64,000 nucleotides of DNA from Macrostomum hystrix. Taxonomy: Eukaryota > Animalia > Platyhelminthes. The notes under the pieces were generated by a model. That model ran no database searches and was not told the origin of the DNA. It worked only from the letters and a program-made list of their open reading frames with translations. Shown in pieces: positions 11,325 to 23,700 of this stretch (positions within the stretch are counted from its first letter, which is position 1; each line of letters begins with the position of its first letter). A program made the position numbers and the translations under genes. The stretch spans positions 22,940,001 to 23,004,000 of the forward strand of contig CATNEN010000038.1 of assembly GCA_950097015.1 (NCBI GenBank), written 5' to 3'.

Positions 11325-12238
11325 GAGGAGTGGGGTGGATGATTACTTGCGAGGGGTCAGAGAAGAGGAGTGGGGTGGGTGATGCTTTGCGAGGGGTCAG
11401 AGAAGAGGAGTTGGGGTAAGTGATGCTTTGCGAGGGGTCAGAGAAGAGGAGTTGGGGTAAGTGATGCTTTGCGAGGGGTCAGAGAAGAGGAGTGGGGTGG
11501 GTGATTACTTGCGAGGGGTCAGAGAAGAGGAGTGGGTGGGTGATGCTTTGCGAGGGGTCAGAGAAGAGGAGTTGGGGTGACTGATGCTTTGCGAGGGGTC
11601 AGAGAAGAGTAGTGGGGTGAGTGATGCTTTGCGAGGGGTCAGAGAAGAGGAGTGGGGTGGGCGATTACTTGCGAGGGGTCAGAGAAGAGGAGTGGGGTGG
11701 GTGATGCTTTGCGAGGGGTTAGAGAAGAGTAGTGGGGTGAGTGATGCTTTGCGAGGGGTCAGAGAAGAGGAGTGGGGTGGGTGATGCTTTGCGAGGGGTC
11801 AGAGAAGAGGAGTTGGGGTAAGTGATGCTTTGCGAGGGGTCAGAGAAGAGGAGTGGGGTGGGTGATTACTTGCGAGGGGTCAGAGAAGAGGAGTGGGTGG
11901 GTGATGCTTTGCGAGGGGTCAGAGAAGAGGAGTTGGGGTGACTGATGCTTTGCGAGGGGTCAGAGAAGAGTAGTGGGGTGAGTGATGCTTTGCGAGGGGT
12001 CAGAGAAGAGGAGTGGGGTGGGCGATTACTTGCGAGGGGTCAGAGAAGAGGAGTGGGGTGGGTGATGCTTTGCGAGGGGTTAGAGAAGAGTAGTGGGGTG
12101 AGTGATGCTTTGCGAGGGGTCAGAGAAGAGGAGTGGGGTGGGTGATGCTTTGCGAGGGGTCAGAGAAGAGGAGTGGGGTGGGTGATTACTTGCGAGGGGT
12201 CAGAGAAGAGGAGTGGGGTGGGTGATTCTTTACGAGGT
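11325..12238. repeat. 40/41-bp minisatellite with a 361-bp higher-order duplication
   Basis: Unit GAGGAGTGGGGTGGGTGATGCTTTGCGAGGGGTCAGAGAA; identical ORFs at 11584 and 11945. Confidence 0.95.
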
Positions 12239-12744
12239 GTCATCTTTCAGGCTTGGCTCTGCATCGGGATAAGAATTAAGGGTGAAGTGGGCAGTGTTTC
12301 TGTACTTTTAGATTTTCAGAGACAAACGAATGACATTTGTGTCCTGAATTTAAAATTGCTTATATTGTGTCACGCTTCGGTTCTTCACTAGAAATAGATA
12401 AAGGATTTCCATATTCGGCTTTTTATCATTGGCCTTTTTAATTTCATGGCATTTTCCCTCATTGTTTAGCAAAGCTTAGATCCCTATTATTCTAACCACT
12501 TGAGTAATTAGTCGAGCGTGGGATTTTTCCCATCGCTAGTTTATGCTTGGCTGGCTCTCCAAACATAAAGGATGTTCACAGAATGAGCAATTTCGGTAGA
12601 AACATTTATAGCTTGTGTACCAGAAATCCGTCTGCAAAGGTTTCGTGTTGTGAGATAAATTTGTTTCCCGAAGTAATGATACATTTTTACAAGCATAACA
12701 TGCTCGCCCTACTCGATTTTTGCTGCCTTTATGCTGCTCTTGAA

Positions 12745-14440
12745 TTCGGAGTGACAGACGCACAACTCGGAGTGACAGACACACAATTCCGGAGTGACAG
12801 ACACACACAATTCATAGTCAGGACACATAGTAATAGACAGACAGAATTCAGAGTGATGGACAGACAGAATTCAGAGTGATAGACAGACAGAATTCAGAGT
12901 GAAAGACAGACAGAATTCAGAGTGATAGACAGACAGAATTCAGTGATAGACAGACAGAATTCAGAGTGACAGACAGACAGAATTCAGTGATAGACAGACA
13001 GAATTCAGAGTGACAGACAGACAGAATTCAGAGTGACAGACAGACAGAATTCAGTGATAGACAGACAGAATTCAGAGTGATAGACAGACAGAATTCAGAG
13101 TGATAGACAGACAGAATTCAGAGTGACAGACAGACAGAATTCAGAGTGACAGACAGACAGAATTCAGTGATAGACAGACAGAATTCAGAGTGATAGACAG
13201 ACAGAATTCAGAGTGATAGACAGACAGAATTCAGAGTGACAGACAGACAGAATTCAGTGATTGACAGACAGAATTCAGAGTGATAGACAGACAGAATTCA
13301 GAGTGATAGACAGACAGAATTCAGAGTGATAGACAGACAGAATTCAGAGTGATAGACAGACAGAATTCAGTGATAGACAGACAGAATTCAGAGTGACAGA
13401 CAGACAGAATTCAGAGTGACAGACAGACAGAATTCAGAGTGATAGACAGACAGAATTCAGAGTGATAGACAGACAGAATTCAGAGTGATAGACAGACAGA
13501 ATTCAGAGTGACAGACAGACAGAATTCAGTGATAGACAGACAGAATTCAGAGTGATAGACAGACAGAATTCAGAGTGATAGACAGACAGAATTCAGAGTG
13601 ATAGACAGACAGAATTCAGAGTGATAGACAGACAGAATTCAGAGTGATAGACAGACAGAATTCAGAGTGATAGACAGACAGAATTCAGTGATAGACAGAC
13701 AGAATTCAGAGTGACAGACAGACAGAATTCAGAGTGACAGACAGACAGAATTCAGAGTGATAGACAGACAGAATTCAGAGTGCTAGATAGACAGAATTCA
13801 GAGTGATGGACAGACAGAATTCAGAGTGACAGACAGACAGAATTCAGAGTGATAGACAGACAGAATTCAGAGTGATAGACAGACAGAATTCAGAGTGACA
13901 GACAGACAGAATTCAGAGTGATAGACAGACAGAATTCAGAGTGATGGACAGACAGAATTCAGAGTGATAGACAGACAGAATTCAGAGTGACAGACAGGCA
14001 GAATTCAGAGTGATAGACAGACAGAATTCAGAGTGACAGACAGGCAGAATTCAGAGTGATAGACAGACAGAATTCAGAGTGATAGACAGACAGAATTCAG
14101 AGTGACAGACAGACAGAATTCAGAGTGACAGACAGACAGAATTCAGAGTGATAGACAGACAGAATTCAGAGTGATAGACAGACAGAATTCAGAGTGATAG
14201 ACAGACAGAATTCAGAGTGATAGACAGACAGAATTCAGAGTGATAGACAGACAGAATTCACAGTGATGGACAGACAGAATTCAGAGTGACAGACAGACAG
14301 AATTCAGAGTGACAGACAGACAGAATTCAGAGTGATGGACAGACAGAATTCAGAGTGATAGACAGACAGAATTCAGAGTGATAGACAGACAGAATTCAGA
14401 GTGACAGACAGACAGAATTCAGAGTGATAGACAGACAGAG
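12745..14440. repeat. 21/23-bp minisatellite (GACAGACAGAATTCAGAGTGATA)
   Basis: About 70 tandem units. Confidence 0.97.
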
Positions 14441-15819
14441 CATTTGAAAAATCGCGGGCTAGCAACAGAACGGTGAATGGCTAAAAGCTAACAGTCAAGC
14501 TAGCTAGAAGAAATTCCGTAATTAATCAGCGTCAGCGTCAGCAACAGCAGCAGCAGCAGCAGCAGCAGCATTACTTCAGTGAAAAGTTAACACAGTCAAG
14601 GCGGAGAATTTGCATGGTTTTGCGTAAATTAGCTAACCGAATCAAGGCATAATTAGTGAGAACCGGGTCTTGAAACTTAATTATTTGTCGCAGTGTGTCG
14701 GAGCTGTTAATGTCCGGGAAAATTTTCTAGGACACATTAGCCTCGAGCTGGATCCTTAATAGGCTTCTAAGTCGCTGCATTGTCTCGCTTTTTCGTCTCC
14801 TTCAGGAAAAAGATGCTAGACGTGTCAGGATCTGGTGGGAAAACGGTGGTTTACTTGTGAGCTTGTGAGTTGGGGACAGTTTCACTATCTGTCTCGGCTC
14901 TGAGCTGGAGGCAATCGAGGGCAAACAGTTGGATATCACCCATTCGAATTCTCTCCCAATTTTTTCCAAAAAATCCCTCGAACTATCCCCATTTTTTCTA
15001 AATATCCAATTTGAAATCTCCCCAAAAGTACCAACCCGAATCGTCTTCAAAATATCCGAATTCTTCCCCCCAAATATCCCATCCGAAATTATTCCCATTA
15101 TCGTCCCCGGTAGAATTCTTTCATGAGTATCCCATTTGTAATTTTCTCTAAATATCCCATCCTAGTTTCTCCAGTAAACTATCAACTTCTAGCTATCACA
15201 AAACATCTCGTTCGAGTTTTCACCCAAATATCCAAATATCCTATTTAAATTGTTTCCCTAAAATTTATCCCTCATCAATTTTCGCCTAGTTTCTCACCAG
15301 AATCCCATTATCTGGCCAAATTCTTATTGATCTTAGTCCCAGATAAATGAGGTTGCAGATTTCGTGAGCTCATAGTTCTTGAGTACTTTAAAAAAAACTG
15401 AATGTAGTCCTTTGATTCGCAGCCTAATGTTGCATTCAATCCTCGAATAAGAGAGCAGCTTTTTTAATTTTGTATTTCTGACTCACTAATCAAGAGAGAC
15501 TGATATTTTTTGTTCCTGTGTCGGTCAAAAACTCGTTTTCATCAGAAGTAAATTTGCCTGTTCTTTATAAATAGAAATTTGCTGCTTTTTAAGTCTACGC
15601 AGAAATCTATTGTAATACCAGAGCATTCCAATATTGGGAATTGGAAATGCAGACCTATTGTTTCGCAGCCAAAGGTATTGTTGCATGGATTAGATATATT
15701 TAGATTGGGATTAAATAACTTCTATTGCTGCAATAGGCAATTGGATTGAAAGCAAACACACACACACAAAACAGAAAGGTAAACAAGTTAACATTTTATA
15801 CTTTTGATTTGAAAATATC

Positions 15820-16762
15820 GAATTGAACAGAATGCATCAAACGGAATAGAATGGATAAAAGATTGAATGTATAGAACAGAATAGAACGCAGAATAGAATG
15901 GATATACCTGAACGGAATGCAGAATAGGATGGATAGAACATAATAGAATGGATATAACAGAAAATAATAGATTGAACAGAATAGAATGGATTGAACATAA
16001 TAGAATGGATAGAACAGAATAGAATAGATTGAACAGAATAGAATAGATAGAACAGAATAGAATATATTGAACAGAACTGATCAATGCAGAATAGAATGGA
16101 TAAAACAGAATGGATAGAACAGAATGGATAGAACAGAACGGAATGCAGAATAGAATGGATAGAACATAATAGAATGGATAAAACAGAATGGATAGAACAG
16201 AATGGATAGAACAGAATGGATAGAACAGAATAGAATGGATAGAACAGAATAGAATGGATAGAACAGAATGGATAGAACAGAATAGAATGGATAGAACAGA
16301 ATGGATAGAACAGAATAGAATGGACAGAATAGAAGGGATAGAACAGAATTGAATGGATAGAACAGAATAGAATGGATAGAACAGAATAGAATGGATAGAA
16401 CAGAATAGAATGGATAGAACAGAATGGATAGAACAGAATAGAATGGATAGAACAGAATGGATAGAACAGAATAGAATGGACAGAATAGAAGGGATAGAAC
16501 AGAATTGAATGGATAGAACAGAATTGAATGGATAGAACAGAATAGAATAGATTGAACAGAATAGAAGGGATAGAACAGAATAGAATGGATAGAACAGAAT
16601 AGAATATATTGAACAGAATAGAATAGATAGAACAGAATAGAATGGATAGAACAGAATAGAATAGATTGAACAGAATAGAAGGGATAGAACAGAATTGAAT
16701 GGATAGAACAGAATAGATAGAACAGAATAGAATAGATAGAACAGAATAGAATGGATAGAACT
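15820..16762. repeat. 14/19-bp minisatellite (ATAGAACAGAATAGAATGG)
   Basis: Tandem units; explains ORFs 15788-16835. Confidence 0.95.
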
Positions 16763-17299
16763 CACTGCTTATTTGAATAGTTCTAATTTTGACGGACAGC
16801 ACAGCATTGTAAGCAGGACAGAATGACCAACACATGTACTAAGGAAATGTATTTCTAAAAGTCGCCGCCGTAGCATAAATTCCGTTACAATTGTTGCTGT
16901 ATGGCTTCCGATAAATAATTAAACGCAATCTGCTAATCTTCCCAAGTCTGTCTGACAATGTGAAACTGCTAGAGGTTGTAAGAAGGCATGACCAGATTTT
17001 CTAGATTGACTGTCGTCTGTGTGTTGCGTGACCATTCTAACTACAGCGTTCTATGACAGTTTTTTTTCTATCTTGATGCTTCTAAACAGGCAACATTTAT
17101 AAGATACTAGGAAGCATTCTTAGTGCAGGAGCGAAGCCAGACAATTATCAAAACAGCATTAGCTAGCCTTTGTGACATCCTGAAGCGTATTTTTTAGTGT
17201 AGAAGCAGAACTTGCCTCGATTTTTTCTCTAATTGATTCTTACAACACGACGTTTTGGTTAACCAACGTTCTCATTGTCTCTTTATTTATGAAGCATCT

Positions 17300-17795
17300 C
17301 AAACTGACTCTCACACAGACTCTCACATAGACTCTCACACAGACTCTCACACAGACTCTCACACAGACTCTTACAAAGACTCTATCATAGACTCAAACAG
17401 AATCTCACAGACTCTCACACTGGGTCTCACACTGACTCTCACATAGACTCTCACACAGACTCTCACACAGACTCTTACAAAGACTCTATCATAGACTCAA
17501 ACAGAATCTCACAGACTCTCACACTGGGTCTCACACTGACTCTCACAAAGACTCTCACACAGACTCTCACACTGGGTCTAACACTGACTCTCACACTGAC
17601 CCACACACAGACTCTTAAACAGACTCTCACACAGACTCTCAAGCTGACTCTCACTCTGGCTCTCACACAGACTCTCAAACTGAATCTCACACAACTCTCA
17701 CACAGACTCTCACAAAACTCTCACACAGACACTTACAAAGACACTCTCATATAGACTCAAACAGAATCTTACAGACTTTTACAGACTTTTACAGG
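17300..17795. repeat. 12-bp minisatellite (GACTCTCACACA)
   Basis: Tandem units with an internal block duplication. Confidence 0.9.
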
Positions 17796-17944
17796 CTGTC
17801 AGAGTTTTTTCTGTATCTTTCTCACCGAATCCGCACAAACTACGCTAACAAGAGCAACACTTACTACTTGACATCGGTTGGTTTAGTAGTATGTAGCGAA
17901 GAGTGTCTTTCCGAAATAATTTTTCGATGAAGAAAACATTTCAG

Positions 17945-20726
17945 TTTGCGCAACATCCACAACGGTGGCCATAGCGATTCCGGAGGAGCCGAGAGCAGCT
18001 GCTGACTGTCTAGGAGCTGGCGAGGCTGGCGGCGGCGGCATCGGATTGAGGAAGAGAGCTCAAAGCCTTGCTGCAACAATGTTCAATCTGCAAGATTTGC
18101 AGCAAGGTGAGGCTTAAGTACTTGCCGCTAGGCTATTTTTGCTTAGCATTTAAGATGACTTCTTACCAGAAAATCCCACATCCCCATTCCACAAAAATGT
18201 ATCCGATTCCCAAAGCACTGATCTTATCTCCCAAAAACGGATCCCATCTCAATAAAACTGATCCCATCTCCATGAAACTGATCCCATCTCCATAAAACTG
18301 ATCCCATCTCCATAAAACTGATCCCATCTCCATGAAACTGATCCCATCTCAATAAAACTGATCCCATCTCCATGAAACTGATCCCATCTCCATAAAACTG
18401 ATCCCATCTCCATAAAACTGATCCCATCTCCATAAAACTGATCCCATCTCAATAAAACTGATCCCATCTCCATGAAACTGATCCCATCTCCATAAAACTG
18501 ATCCCATCTCCATAAAACTGATCCCATCTCCATAAAACTGATCCCATCTCCATAAAACTGATCCCATCTCCATAAAACTGATCCATCCCATACCCCAAAA
18601 TGACTGATCCCATCTCCCAAAAAATGATCCATCCCATACCCCAAAATGACTGATCCCATCTCCAAAACTAACTGATCCCATCTCTCAAAATAACTGATCC
18701 CAATTCCCAGATAACTGATCCCAATTCCAAATAACTGATCCCAATTCCCAAATAACTGATCCCATCTCCCAAAATTTTTTATCCCAATTCCTAAAGCACA
18801 ATTTATGACCTGACGAAAAGTGATTTACAAGCATGAAACATTTTTTAGTCTAATGTAAACGATAGCTTCGAGATGGTGATTCCACTTTCTCAGACCATTG
18901 GCTGAAACTATGATTCAGCAAAAAAATCCCTGCAACAGAATCACATGAGCAGTCAATCACACATTCTCACATTCTGCCATTCACTCTTGGGTGTCTCTCG
19001 GATTTCCTTACAAAGTAAATTGCGTCTTTTCTGCATTAAAAATTTTTTTTGGACAGGCGAGGATAAAAAAATAAATTTGGGTCCATTCTTTTCAACTTAA
19101 ACAGTTTTTCAAAATCTGTAAACTCTGGGCGGTTTTCTAAAATATTGAAGAGAAGAGATCTCGTTCCTCAACCTTTCTCGTTCCTGAATCCATCCCTCCC
19201 TCTCGTTCCTCAATCCACCCCTCTCTCTTGTTCCTCAATCCACCCCTCTCTCTTGTTCCTCAATCCACCCCTCCCTCTCGTTGCTCAATCCACCCCTCTC
19301 TCTTGTTCCTCAATCCACCCCTCTCTCTTGTTCCTCAATCCACCCCTCTCTCTTGTTCCTCAATCCCTCCCTCTCTCTCGTTCTTGAATCCCTCTCTCTC
19401 GTTCCTCAATCCACCCCTCTCTCTCGTTCCTCAATCCACCCCTCTCTCTTGTTCCTCAATCCACCCCTCTCTCTCGTTCCTGAATCCCTCTCTCTCGTTC
19501 CTGAATCCACCCCTCTCTCTCGTTCCTCAATCCACCCCTCTCTCTTGTTCCTCAATCCACCCCTCTCTCTCGTTCCTCAATCCACCCCTCTCTCTCGTTC
19601 CTCAATCCACCCCTCTCTCTTGTTCCTCAATCCACCCCTCTCTCTCGTTCCTGAACCCCTCTCTCTTGTTCCTCAATCCACCCCTCTCTCTTATTATGCC
19701 ATTCCTAAAATACCCCCACATTGCATTCGCCACTCAATCAGCTTTAGCTCCATGATTTCCGTGATTAAATTTAATTCAGACTGTAGATTTGACTTCAATG
19801 TGAAGCAATCTTCATGGCAACACGCTTTACGGCTAAACAATGCTCACTAATTTCACTTAGAGAAACATGAAAAAAATCGAAAAATTCGCAAGTTAAAATG
19901 TTTTGCAGCCATCTGTAACTAAAAATCTAATCTAATTTTACACTCCATTCAGTTTCATTTTAAGAGGAATGAAAAAACGATTGACTAGTGCCAGCCAGCT
20001 AAACAAGTAGGATAAATACCTACCCATTTCCCAGCTTCTCATTGGCTGGTATTGGCTAGAATCCCCATTTTCCCAGCCCGCCCAACTCCAAGTAATTTAC
20101 TCCCAAATCGCAGCTCCTTATAAGCGCATCTCTTCCCACAGCCGCAGCTAACAGCAGCAGCAGCAGCAACGCCATGTCAGCCACTGGCCAGTCGCCGCCT
20201 AATTCAACGGGCGCCGCCAATAAGGTAACATTTCCCAACGAGTTCAAGCGGGAGCGAAGGAGGGCCAGCATGCAGGACGCCATCGATGCGTCCAAAATCA
20301 ATGCGGATCTGTACTCGAAACTGGTACGAGCGTAAGCGATCTGTCAATCAATCAATCAATCAATCACTCAGTCAGTCCGTCAGTCAATCAATCAAGCATT
20401 GGGGCAAATAGCAGAGCTATCTATCGCGTTTGCCTCTCGCGCCAAGGTCCCTGAGCTCGATTCCGCGACGAGGCCACATTCATTTGGGGCGCAGTCGCGG
20501 AGAGAAGGCTTGGGGGCTTGTCGTGCAATTGACGCCCTTGAGGGCCAACCTCCAAGGCACAGTGAGAGTGTACACTGCCTGACGATGAGAAAGACAGGGC
20601 AGATGTACACACCTGTGTGAGTGTGTGCCTACGTACAGTATCTGTTTGCGTGTGTGCTCTGGAGTCAGCGAAATGTGCAGAATTGCCTCCTGGCTGGCTG
20701 CGGGTATAGAGTGTCACAAAAAGACA

Positions 20727-20762
<36 letters not shown>

Positions 20763-23700
20763 GTATGTATCTCTATCTATCTATCTATTTCTATTTATCT
20801 GCCTATCTACTAGTATTTATCTGTTCTATTTATCTACGAGCTATCTATGTTTTAATTAAAGCAAATAATGTAAAAACACAAAGATCGTAGACCATTTTCT
20901 AAATGCAAATTTCGATTCCGCAACAGACGTTTAAAACCTGAAAGGTTTTTACGACACTATTCAGAAAGAAACAGCAAATCCCATCTTCGTATTTCACTCT
21001 CTCTCTCTCTTCTCTTCAGTCCTCAGACACTAGCTTCGCTTTCTTTCGCTGAAAATCAATCTGCAGATATTGAATCGTTTGGTTGCATTGGGTAAATGCC
21101 GGATCTCGCCCGATCCTATTCCATCGCCCGCTGTGTTACTCTATGTAAGCTTGTTGTCTCTCTTCTATACCCAATGCCGGCGTTTTCTCTTTGTCTTACT
21201 GGATAGCAGATCTAGATAGACGGATAGATAATACCGAGGAGGGTTCATAGATTTCGTGCCAGTTCTCCCACTCACTCTAGTCTCGATACCCAATCCCAGT
21301 CGCCAATGTCTCGTCACTGCTACTCACCTCCCGTTTCCATTAGTGCCAAAGAATCAATGCTTATGCACGGAGACGGTAGGACAGAATTCTAAAAAAAACT
21401 GATGCAGACTCTCTTACTCGCATATCCACTCCTTCTGGTTGCTCCTTCCGTTGTCGAGTTGATTTAGAACAATGGGGTAGTAGAAAAAATTTACCAATCC
21501 GTCGTAGATTTTGCTTCTCTTGATGCTCATTGTTTATAAATCGGCGAATAAAAGCTCGGAATCACGTTCCGTTGCTTTTTTTAAAACTGTTGTTTCCAAT
21601 ATTTCAAAAACATGGTTCTAGGCCAAAATGGTCTACTTGACTAGCACCGGTTTCGCCTAAAAAAGTTTTTATTCGTTAAGCAGCATTGAAAGGGATCGTT
21701 TTTCAAGCGAGGTCTTCAAATCGTTATCATTTTTAGATAAGATCGAGATACCCGAATAAGTTTCTAAAAATAGCAACAACCCAGTTTTCATTGGCCAATC
21801 AAATTTTGAAGGCTGCTTTTCATCATTGGGATTCCCTGATTGTGTGTCTAAAAATAGCAACATAGGATGTTGAGGACGAAGATGAACAAAATTTTGCCAA
21901 CCCTCTGTCCCGCAGTACAACCAGACCAGCACAACCATCCAGAGCATTCAGGAGGAGAATTTCGGTCAGCTGAACTTTTCGTTGGAATTTCGAGAAGAGA
22001 CTGGCATCCTGACAGTGCGAGTGATCCAGGCTATCGATCTGCAGGCCAAGGACAGCGCCACCGGCCTAGCGAATCCCTACTGTCGAGTAGCCCTACTACC
22101 CAATCGCAAAACTCAAACAACTACAAAGATTCACAAGAAAACTCTAACTCCAGAATTTGAAGAGGAATTCATCTTCGAATTGAAGCCGCAGGATATCAAC
22201 TGGAGTGTGCTGGAGATCACTCTGTTCGACTACGATCCATGCTCAATGGACGAATGCCTCGGTCAAGTCAAGCTGCCCCTAGTAGAAGTGGACTTCTCAG
22301 AGAAGCAGGTCATGTGGAAAGGCATCTGCTCATTGGAGAAGAACACTGACCCAGTGAGTGAATTGCTGCTTGTTATAGCCAATGATAACACAGGGCTGTC
22401 TTTCTCCCAGCCAATCAGAAGCTTTGGCTTGGGGTATAGCCAATTCTAGGAGACTCGGGGATAAAAAATGAAGTGTGATTTTAGCGCTAGCTAATCAGAA
22501 TCTGGTAAGGGCTAGATAAGAAATTGGGACCAGCCAATCATCATTCGCCAGTAAAAACATTGGGCCAAGAGCAAGCAAACTGGAGAGCATTCAGAGATCG
22601 CCAGCCAATCACAGAGTCGGGTGAGGGGTAAGATAAGAAATCCATTATCATATGTCGTAACCAATCGATATCGTAGCCAAGCCATATTTTTTTATAGAAA
22701 ATATGAATTATGCTAGTCTAGGATATCAAAAAAGTCCCAGATACTAATTTTGTAATGTGCGCATTTTTTTATCTAATTGCGATCGCTTGACAAGCATTGC
22801 AGTCCTAATTTTAGGGTGGAGTCGGGAATTTAGATAAAGTAAATATCTAGCCTTTCAGCTATAGGGACATGGGTTCGACAAAAAAGTCAACCCTCCGAAG
22901 GGCACGGAGGAACTGAGCATGCAGCAGTAGACTTACTTTATCGTCGCCGCGATAAAGTAAAGTCATTAATCCCGATGATTTTTTGTGCTCAGCGCCAATA
23001 GAACCACTCGTTATATGCTTGTGTGCACAAATAGAATGGGAAAAACACTATATCTACTCACTAGAGATGCAAGGCTTTGGGCTAAATTAGTGCATGAGTC
23101 TGTATGTCTGATTGACGCCCTGTCTTGTATCGATTCCTCCTATACATTCCACCAACACTTGCTGCCAAACTATAAGAAAGTGCTATGTTTGCTAATAATC
23201 TTTAAACTATTTATCACATCGTCTCATTCACATCGTCTCATTCACATCGTCTCATTTACATCGACTCATTCGCATCTTCTCATTCATATCGTCTCATTCA
23301 CATCGTCTGATTCACATCGTCTCATTTACATCGACTCATTCGCATCTTCTCATTCATATCGTCTCATTCACATCGTCTCATTCACATCGTCTCATTTACA
23401 TCGTCTCATTTACATCGACTCATTCGCATCTTCTCATTCATATCGTCTCATTCACATCGTCTCATTCACATCGTCTCATTTACATCGACTCATTCGCATC
23501 TTCTCATTTATATCGTCTCATTCACATCGTCTCATTCACATCGTCTCATTTACATCGTCTCATTCACATCGTCTCATTTACATCGTCTCATTTACATCGA
23601 CTCATTCGCATCTTCTCATTTACATCGTCTCATTCACATCGTCTCATTTACATCGACTCATTCGCATCTTCTCATTCATATCGTCTCATTCACATCGTCT

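Noticed and set aside
14806-14864. Possible upstream synaptotagmin exon (good acceptor at 14805, two GTGAG donors)
   Set aside because: Neither the ATG at 14813 nor a phase-0 start gives the phase-1 exit needed to join 17945; may be a UTR exon but cannot be supported
20399-20620. Recurrent peptide ACRAIDALEGQPPRHSESVHCLTMRK in several ORFs
   Set aside because: Translation of SINE copies; starts differ and indels are tolerated
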